A DNA stretch of 64,000 bases, from the NCBI GenBank assembly GCA_014872655.1, contig WHHJ01000001.1:16002-80001 (forward strand), written 5' to 3'. This DNA is from Clostridia bacterium (lineage in GTDB: Bacteria; Bacillota; Clostridia; Oscillospirales; UBA644). This document shows positions 57,607 to 64,000 of this stretch, piece after piece. A program made the translations under genes and the position numbers. The stretch's first letter is position 1; each line of letters opens with the position of its first letter. The notes under the pieces are model-generated. The model did not search any database, had not been told where the DNA came from, and saw nothing but the letters and a program-made list of their open reading frames with translations.

Positions 57607-59784
57607 GTGAAAGCGATCATTATGGCAGGCGGAAAAGGGGCCCGCTTAAGACCTCTAACCAGTGATTTACCCAAACCGATGGCGCCGCTGCTCGGAAGAC
57701 CTTGTGCGGAATATGTCATTGATTTGTTGCGGCGAAACGGGATTGAAGATCTGGCTGCGACCGTGATGTATGAAAAAGAAAAAATGGCGGACTTTTTATC
57801 GGCGCACAATGTGCGCATTTTTGAGGAGAAAAAGCCGCTCGGAACCGCAGGAAGTGTGAAAAATTGTGAATCTTTTGTAGACGGCGATTTTTGTGTGATC
57901 AGTGCCGATGCTGTTTGTGATTTTGATTTGTCGGCCGCGGTTGATTTTCATCGATCTCATGGCGGGATTGTGACCATTGTCGTCACACATGTACAGGATC
58001 CGTTGGAATATGGCGTGTGTGTGCTCAATGAGCAAAAACAGATTACAAGATTTATCGAAAAACCGTCGTGGGAACGAGTCTATTCCGGAACGGTAAACAC
58101 CGGCGTTTATCTGTTCTCTAAAGAGATTTTTAATTATATAGAGCCAGGGAAGCGTCTTGATTTTTCGCAAGATATTTTCCCGGAATTGATGCGTCGAGGA
58201 CAACCCATTTATGGTTACGAAGCCAAAGGATATTGGTGTGATATCGGAAATCCGAGAGCCTATTTGCGTTGCCAGTTCGACCTGTTGGATAACAAGACCA
58301 AGTTGCCGTTACCTGTTTCCGGAACCCCTCACGGTGCTACGGTGATTCCGCCCTGTTTTATTGGAAAAAACGTCAAGGCAGACGGGGCTGTTATCGGGCC
58401 GTACGCCGTCATCGGCGATGATTGTATTTTAGAACCCGGTTCTCGGACGGAGCATAGTGTGGTATTAAACGGGACCCATATTTGCGACGGGGCTGCGCTG
58501 CGCCGTTGTGTGATTGGTTCGGATTGCGTGATTGGACGCAATGCCAGTATCGGAGATTACAGTGTGTTGGGGTCGGAATGCCATGTACAACCGGATTGCG
58601 TCGTGGGGGCACAAAGCCGTATTTATCCCAAAATTACACTGCCGGAAGGCGGCATGGTACGGGGGAATGTATTTCAAGAATTTCATTGTTTTGATCCGGG
58701 GGCGAGCAGCGGTGCAGATTTAAAAACAGAGTTGTCTGTTTTTCCGCGGATCGGGGCTGCGTTTGGCAGTATTTTTAAAGGAAATATTGCAATCGGATAC
58801 GAAGATGATGAGATTTGTTCGCAGATGTTTGGGATTGTATCTGGAATATTAGGCAGCGGCAGCAATGTGTTGAGTTTAGGCGCTTGTGATAAAAACGTTT
58901 TGCGGTATATCGTGCGTGTGTATGGGCTGGATGCGGGCGTTTTTGTGGGGACCGATCAAATTTATCTGTATGAGGAGGACGGCCTTCCTCTTTCCAGTCA
59001 GAGCCAGAGGGCGTTTCGCAACGTGTTCGAAATGAATGACTTTGCCTGTGTTCAAAGTGGAAAATACCGGCGGTTTAAAGGATATTTAAAGACTTATATG
59101 GATCGCTTAAAACAGTATGCTGTTAACATTCGTCCTTTGAATATGCACATTTTAGCTCCTGAATTTGTTACGCAGATTATTCCGTCTCGTACCAATGACA
59201 CTGCCCAGCGGCTTTATGTCGGGGACGGGTTAACCGTAGATGAGTATCCGCAGCGAATTGTACGTTGTGCGGTTGTGGTCGCATACGGCAGAACGTACGG
59301 ACGCGTTTATATCCCGTATGATTTTCCGTCTGTGATTGACGAGTTAGGTCAAACATATGGGTTTGAGGTGATTCGTTTAACGTTAGATGATGCCGATCGC
59401 AGGCGGCTGTATGATATGACAGACCCCAATGTTATGGCGGTTGTGCTTTGCCGGTATTTATCGAAAAATCATCTGACATTTGAAGAACTTGCAAAGAGTT
59501 TGCCGCGGTTTGCCGTATATGCCCGGGATATTGAATGTGAGACGGATAAGTGTTTGTTGATGCAGCATCTTTCTACTATGGCGGACACGGAAAAAGAGTT
59601 GATAGAAGGCATAAAAATTATTGACGCACCGGGCCATCGCAGTGTGCGCATCGTTCCGAAACGCGATCTGCACGGCTTCCGTTTGATTGCGGAAGCGGCC
59701 AGCACCGAGGCGGCTGCGGAGATCTGTGATTTTTATGTAAAAAAGATGAAATCGGATGGCATTAACGTTGACATCCAGGAATAA
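57607..59784 (+). CDS. sugar-phosphate nucleotidyltransferase with left-handed beta-helix and a long C-terminal domain of uncertain function
   Basis: GTG start. MAGGKGARLRPLT (NTP-transferase G-loop). A hexapeptide-repeat region follows. The C-terminal roughly 350 aa are only vaguely phosphohexomutase-like and lack an obvious SHNP phosphoserine motif. Confidence 0.75.
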   Translation: MKAIIMAGGKGARLRPLTSDLPKPMAPLLGRPCAEYVIDLLRRNGIEDLAATVMYEKEKMADFLSAHNVRIFEEKKPLGTAGSVKNCESFVDGDFCVISADAVCDFDLSAAVDFHRSHGGIVTIVVTHVQDPLEYGVCVLNEQKQITRFIEKPSWERVYSGTVNTGVYLFSKEIFNYIEPGKRLDFSQDIFPELMRRGQPIYGYEAKGYWCDIGNPRAYLRCQFDLLDNKTKLPLPVSGTPHGATVIPPCFIGKNVKADGAVIGPYAVIGDDCILEPGSRTEHSVVLNGTHICDGAALRRCVIGSDCVIGRNASIGDYSVLGSECHVQPDCVVGAQSRIYPKITLPEGGMVRGNVFQEFHCFDPGASSGADLKTELSVFPRIGAAFGSIFKGNIAIGYEDDEICSQMFGIVSGILGSGSNVLSLGACDKNVLRYIVRVYGLDAGVFVGTDQIYLYEEDGLPLSSQSQRAFRNVFEMNDFACVQSGKYRRFKGYLKTYMDRLKQYAVNIRPLNMHILAPEFVTQIIPSRTNDTAQRLYVGDGLTVDEYPQRIVRCAVVVAYGRTYGRVYIPYDFPSVIDELGQTYGFEVIRLTLDDADRRRLYDMTDPNVMAVVLCRYLSKNHLTFEELAKSLPRFAVYARDIECETDKCLLMQHLSTMADTEKELIEGIKIIDAPGHRSVRIVPKRDLHGFRLIAEAASTEAAAEICDFYVKKMKSDGINVDIQE

Positions 59785-59796
59785 ATCTGTTATAAT
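59768..59796 (+). promoter_or_regulatory. consensus sigma-A promoter for rnj
   Basis: TTGACA, 17 nt, TATAAT with TGn extension (CTGTTATAAT). Embedded in the last codons of the upstream gene. Confidence 0.65.
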
Positions 59797-59938
59797 AGTC
59801 AAAGATGTATATGGGGAATGGTGTCTGATAAAAAGGGCATCTTCCTAAAGGAATTTTTCTTTAATATATTCTTGGTAACGGCGAGTTGCGGTTGAAACAT
59901 TCGGGTTTCATGCCGCGTCTCACAAAAGTTCAACATTC

Positions 59939-59993
59939 GGAAGCGGCCGGAAGTAAAAAAGATGTTTAGTTCCGGCTCTTCCGCTGTGTTTTG
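59939..59993 (+). terminator. terminator/attenuator-like hairpin inside the rnj leader
   Basis: 14 bp stem (CGGAAG-c-GGCCGGAA / TTCCGGCT-CTTCCG, one bulge), 17 nt loop, followed by CTGTGTTTT. Lies 60 nt upstream of the rnj start. Confidence 0.5.
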
Positions 59994-60055
59994 CCGTTGG
60001 ATGGATATAGCTACATACATTTATTATATCTTACGGTTTCAGGAGGTAAATCTGA

Positions 60056-61726
60056 TTGAAGAAAATTGAAAAAATAAGAATTATACCGCTCGGGGGATTG
60101 AATGAGATTGGCAAGAACCTGACTTTGGTGGAATGTGGGAAAGATATCATTGCCATCGATTGCGGTTTGGCGTTTCCGGACGAGGATATGCCGGGGGTCG
60201 ACTATGTCATCCCGGATATGCAGTATATTTTGAAGAATTTGGATCGATTCCGCGCCGTGTTTTTAACGCACGGTCATGAGGACCACATCGGTGCGATTCC
60301 TTATCTGCTGCGGCAGGTGAACGTGCCGATTTACGGAACACGGTTGACGCTGGGCATTGTGCGCAACAAGCTCAAAGAGTTCCGCTTAGATAAAAAGGCG
60401 CAGTTGAATGAAGTCGCGCCCGGCAACTGTGTAAGCCTGGGCGGATTAAAAGTCGAGTATATCCATGTCAATCACTCGATTGCTGATGCGGCCGCTTTGG
60501 CGATTCATACGCCTTGCGGTGTGATTGTGCATACGGGAGATTTTAAGATTGATACCACCCCGATCCAAGGTCAGATGATTGATTTGGCGCGTTTTGGCGA
60601 ACTGGGGCGGGAAGGCGTGTTGGCTTTATTATGTGAGAGTACTAATGCGGAGCGTCCCGGATTTGCGATGAGTGAACAAAAGGTCGGCGGTTCGTTGCGC
60701 GGGATCTTTCGTGATGCCGAAAAAAAGCGGATTATCATCGCAACCTTTGCTTCTAACGTAGACCGCGTTCAGCAGATTATCAATGTGGCGGTAGAGAATG
60801 GACGAAAAGTGGCGGTCAGCGGCCGCAGTATGGTTAATGTTTTGGAGGTTGCCCGTGAGTTAGGTTATATGAAAGTGCCTAACGGAACTTTGATTGATAT
60901 CGACCGTGTCAATAAATACGCACCGGAAGAACTGGTTATTATTACCACCGGCAGTCAGGGCGAACCGATGAGCGCGCTGTATCGGATGGCTTATTCCGAT
61001 CATAAAACGGTAGAAATCGGACCGGACGATTTGGTGGTATTGTCGTCCAATGCCATTCCGGGCAATGAGAAGTTTGTGGGGCGTGTTGTTAACGAGTTGT
61101 TCCGGTCGGGAGCTGACGTCGTCTATGAGTCCTTTGCCGAGGTTCATGTTTCCGGGCACGCTTGCCAGGAAGAATTAAAGTTGCTGACAGGTCTTGTAAA
61201 ACCTAAATATTTTATTCCGGTTCACGGCGAGTATCGTCATTTGAAAAAGAATTCCGTCATTGCTCAGTCTATGGGCATCCCCGCAAAAAATATTGTGGTG
61301 GCGGATATCGGAGATATTATTGAAATTGACAGTAAAAAAATCGGTATTGTTGGAACAGTCCCGGCCGGAAAGACGTTGGTAGACGGTTTGGGCGTCGGCG
61401 ATGTGGGCAATGTGGTGCTCAGAGACCGGAAATTATTGTCTCAGGACGGACTGGTTATTATTGCGGTTGTTATTGATGAGCAGCAGCGGATTTTGATGAC
61501 TTCTCCCGAGATTTTATCCCGTGGATTTGTTTATATTAAAGAAAATGCAGATTTGTTAAACAACGTAAAGGCTTTAACGGTAAAAACATTAGAGGCTTGT
61601 GCACATGAAGGGCCTTCCGAGTGGCTGTATAACGCAAAGAGCCGGTTGAAAGACGATGTTTCCAAGTATATTTATGAGCAGACGAAGCGTCGGCCCATGA
61701 TTTTGCCGATTATTAAAAGTATCTGA
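60056..61726 (+). CDS. rnj: ribonuclease J
   Basis: TTG start after an AGGAGG SD. Metallo-beta-lactamase/beta-CASP motifs THGHEDHIGA, HTGDFK and HVSGH, plus a C-terminal domain. Confidence 0.92.
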   Translation: MKKIEKIRIIPLGGLNEIGKNLTLVECGKDIIAIDCGLAFPDEDMPGVDYVIPDMQYILKNLDRFRAVFLTHGHEDHIGAIPYLLRQVNVPIYGTRLTLGIVRNKLKEFRLDKKAQLNEVAPGNCVSLGGLKVEYIHVNHSIADAAALAIHTPCGVIVHTGDFKIDTTPIQGQMIDLARFGELGREGVLALLCESTNAERPGFAMSEQKVGGSLRGIFRDAEKKRIIIATFASNVDRVQQIINVAVENGRKVAVSGRSMVNVLEVARELGYMKVPNGTLIDIDRVNKYAPEELVIITTGSQGEPMSALYRMAYSDHKTVEIGPDDLVVLSSNAIPGNEKFVGRVVNELFRSGADVVYESFAEVHVSGHACQEELKLLTGLVKPKYFIPVHGEYRHLKKNSVIAQSMGIPAKNIVVADIGDIIEIDSKKIGIVGTVPAGKTLVDGLGVGDVGNVVLRDRKLLSQDGLVIIAVVIDEQQRILMTSPEILSRGFVYIKENADLLNNVKALTVKTLEACAHEGPSEWLYNAKSRLKDDVSKYIYEQTKRRPMILPIIKSI

Positions 61727-61742
61727 TTGTTGTATCGATATA

Positions 61743-61766
61743 GCCCGCAAAGGAATCTTTGCGGGC
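61743..61766 (+). terminator. hairpin after rnj (terminator, weak U-tract)
   Basis: 10 bp stem GCCCGCAAAG / CTTTGCGGGC, 4 nt loop. Confidence 0.5.
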
Positions 61767-61784
61767 GTTATCTGTACGGGAGGG

Positions 61785-62816
61785 ATGAACGTGATTGCGA
61801 ATGCGGCACAGTTAGAAACATTTTTAACGCCATATGCAGACAGCGGCAGAGAAGAAGCGTACGCCGTGTTTTTGGAAGAACAGCTCCGGCAAACCGGGCT
61901 GTGTTGTGACGTGACGAGAGATCGTATGAACAATGTGATAGCGCAAATCGGCATGGGCGAAAAACCATCTATTTTATTAGACGCCCATTTTGATGAAATT
62001 TCTTTTCTGGTTAGGCGTATCGATTCTTCGGGATTTTTACAGGTTTCCGGTGTCGGCGGTGTGGATCGTCGTTGTTTGCCTGCGGCAGAAGTGTCGGTCA
62101 ATGGGTTGGATGGCGTATTTTGTTCCGTTCCTCCGCATTTGATGTCAAATCAGGATCGCAAGTTTCCGGAAGTGGCGGAAATGTACGTGGATTTGGGTTT
62201 GGATTATGAGACCGTCTGTGCCCGGGTGCAGATTGGAGACCGAGTTCGGTTAAAGTCTCGGTTTTGTCCTTTATTGGGCAATCGGGTTGCCGGACGAGCT
62301 TTGGATAATAAGTTGAGCGTGTACGCGCTTTTTGTTGCTTTAAAAAAATTAGCAGATTCTGAGTCTTTTGAGTCGTTGGCATGGAATATTGCCGTGTTGT
62401 TTTCCGCGCAGGAAGAAACCGGGCTTCGAGGTGCTGGTCCGGGTGTGTTCTCGATTTGTCCCGAGCGTGCGCTATGCGTTGATGCGACGTTTGCCGATCA
62501 GCCGGGCGTGAAAGACTGTCCGCCGTTGGGCAGTGGCGTGGTGATCGAGCGTTCCGCCTTTTTTGACCGGAATTTTACACGGAGTCTGATGGATTTGGCG
62601 GAAGAGCATCAGCTTCCTCACACCGTGCATGTGCAGGCCGGCGCCAGCGGAACCAATGCGGATATATTGCCGTTTTTTTGTGGGGGAATTCCGACCGCGC
62701 TGCTTTCGATTCCTATCCGAAATATGCATACGCCGGTCGAGGTCTGCGATTTAGCGGATGTTGAAGCTACGGCAGACTTGATTTGCGCGTATTTGAAGGA
62801 GGGACCTCAGGGATGA
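61785..62816 (+). CDS. M42-family (FrvX/TET-like) aminopeptidase, paralogue 1
   Basis: DAHFDEISFLV, GRALDNKLSV and SAQEETGLRGAG, typical of M42 peptidases. Confidence 0.85.
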   Translation: MNVIANAAQLETFLTPYADSGREEAYAVFLEEQLRQTGLCCDVTRDRMNNVIAQIGMGEKPSILLDAHFDEISFLVRRIDSSGFLQVSGVGGVDRRCLPAAEVSVNGLDGVFCSVPPHLMSNQDRKFPEVAEMYVDLGLDYETVCARVQIGDRVRLKSRFCPLLGNRVAGRALDNKLSVYALFVALKKLADSESFESLAWNIAVLFSAQEETGLRGAGPGVFSICPERALCVDATFADQPGVKDCPPLGSGVVIERSAFFDRNFTRSLMDLAEEHQLPHTVHVQAGASGTNADILPFFCGGIPTALLSIPIRNMHTPVEVCDLADVEATADLICAYLKEGPQG

Positions 62817-63838
62817 AAATACTGCAAAAACTTTGTTCTTTAAACGGCCTGAGCGGGGATGAAAGCGAGGTCCGGGCCTATATTTTAAATCAGATTAGTC
62901 CCTATTGTTCCGGTCGTGTCGATCCCGCCGGCAATATTTTGGCTTTTAAAAAAGGCCGCAAGCAGCCCAAGCGAAAATTGTTGTTTGAAGCGCATATGGA
63001 CGAAACGGGTTACGTTGTAACGCGGATTGATTCTTCTGGATTGTTGTATTTGGATTCTGTCGGGGTCAGCGCTTCTGTCAGTGTGGGCAAGGCGGTTTTT
63101 GTTCGGGCTACCGCAGAAGGCAGCCGGATGTTGCCCGGTGTTATCGGAGCGGTTCCGCTGCATTTGCTGGAAAAAGAGGATCGCGCAGCGATCCCCAAAA
63201 TGGAGACGTTGTATGTGGATATCGGCGCTAAGGACGAGCAGGAAGCCCGACAATTTGTGGTAGAAGGGGACAGCGTATATTTTGACGGGCCGTTTGGCTT
63301 GATGGGGAATCTGGTCAAAGGGAAGGCCTTAGATGATCGAATTGGGTGTTATAATTTGATCCGAATGATTCAGTCTGATTTGGAATATGATTCTTATTTT
63401 GCCTTTTGCGTGCAGGAAGAAGTTGGGTTGCGCGGCGCGATGGCGGCGGCGTGGCATATTCGTCCCGATTTGACGGTGTTGATGGAAACCACTACCGCTG
63501 CGGATATCGGCGGAGTAAAACCCTCGGATACGGTGTGTTGTGTCGGCGGAGGGGTCGCGGTTTCGTTTGCAGATCGTGGTACGATTTACGAGCCGCGGCT
63601 GGTTGAAAACATTTTTACGTTAGCCCGTGGTCGTCATATTGCCTGTCAGCCCAAAACTATGGTGTCGGGCGGAAATGATGCGGCCATTTGGCAAAAAACA
63701 GTAGGGGGTAGCCGGGTCGTTACGTTTTCAGCTCCTACTCGGTACTTACATTCGCCGGTCGGCGTTGCTTCGCGTGATGATATAGACGGGATGTTTGAAT
63801 TGGCCAAAGCAGTAAATGAGGAGGTTGATGCGCTGTGA
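62813..63838 (+). CDS. M42-family aminopeptidase, paralogue 2
   Basis: MKILQKLCSLNGLSGDE, AHMDETGYVV, GKALDDRIGC and VQEEVGLRGA. The ATGA overlaps the upstream stop. Confidence 0.85.
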   Translation: MKILQKLCSLNGLSGDESEVRAYILNQISPYCSGRVDPAGNILAFKKGRKQPKRKLLFEAHMDETGYVVTRIDSSGLLYLDSVGVSASVSVGKAVFVRATAEGSRMLPGVIGAVPLHLLEKEDRAAIPKMETLYVDIGAKDEQEARQFVVEGDSVYFDGPFGLMGNLVKGKALDDRIGCYNLIRMIQSDLEYDSYFAFCVQEEVGLRGAMAAAWHIRPDLTVLMETTTAADIGGVKPSDTVCCVGGGVAVSFADRGTIYEPRLVENIFTLARGRHIACQPKTMVSGGNDAAIWQKTVGGSRVVTFSAPTRYLHSPVGVASRDDIDGMFELAKAVNEEVDAL

Positions 63839-64000
63839 AAGATTGGATGCAGCAGATTCAGGAGTTGAATCGATTTCCCTCTGTTTCGGGGGATGAGTCT
63901 TGTGTGCAGGCTTATCTGCGAGAGCAGATTGAACCGTTTTGTGACCAGATTGATGTAGACGCGATGGGAAACTTGATTGCCACCCTTGGAAAGGGGATCG
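63835..64000 (+). CDS. M42-family aminopeptidase, paralogue 3 (3' end beyond the window)
   Basis: GTG start overlapping the upstream stop (GTGA). The translation ..ELNRFPSVSGDESCVQAYLREQIEPF...AMGNLIA matches the M42 N-terminus. Open to the window end. Confidence 0.7.
   Translation, partial: MKDWMQQIQELNRFPSVSGDESCVQAYLREQIEPFCDQIDVDAMGNLIATLGKGI

Noticed and set aside
1-64000. Search for mobile elements, prophage, defence islands, CRISPR arrays, tRNA or rRNA genes
   Set aside because: No integrase, transposase or recombinase-like ORF was seen. There are no long terminal or direct repeats and no repeat-spacer arrays. No structural RNA signatures were recognised apart from the THF riboswitch. 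The window reads as conserved core genome.

Overview
The window looks like a core chromosomal segment of an anaerobic, endospore-forming Firmicute (class Clostridia). This is inferred from gene content: ylbJ, spoIIP, gpr, a HydABC-type [FeFe]-hydrogenase, a glycyl-radical enzyme, and ECF transporter modules. About 55 protein-coding genes are densely packed and most are recognisable housekeeping genes:
- accD/accA plus an acyl-CoA synthetase
- a trimeric NuoE/NuoF/[FeFe]-hydrogenase operon
- CapA and an esterase
- ylbJ
- a glycyl-radical enzyme with its activase
- helD
- ppx-ppk
- spoIIP-gpr-rpsT
- a THF riboswitch upstream of a FolT-like gene
- icd and gpmI
- ecfA1-ecfA2-ecfT-truA
- clpE-like
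- a LemA/TPM membrane cluster
- a fused MacB-type ABC transporter
- two glycoside-hydrolase-like proteins
- alr-nnr-acpS-ireB-pheST
- rnj
- three tandem M42 peptidases

I found no tRNA, rRNA, CRISPR array, integrase, transposase or recognisable defence island. I cannot point to one unambiguous novel system. The observations most worth follow-up are:
1. A compact, context-free glycyl-radical enzyme of unknown substrate.
2. A HydA whose H-cluster motifs deviate at a cluster-ligand position (TSCSPGW instead of TSCCPxW, and IPC instead of MPC).
3. A THF-riboswitch-controlled FolT-like protein interrupted by a roughly 170 aa soluble insert with BspA-type leucine-rich-repeat character.
4. pheS split by a single-base frameshift in a homopolymer.
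5. A tight six-gene LemA/TPM/membrane/thioesterase/lipoprotein array.
6. A multi-copy ATCACAA/TTGTGAT operator-like array over a consensus promoter driving a small Gly-zipper membrane protein.
7. A 250 nt terminator-containing leader in front of rnj.

All functional calls rest on motif recognition by eye from the translated ORFs. No database search was run.
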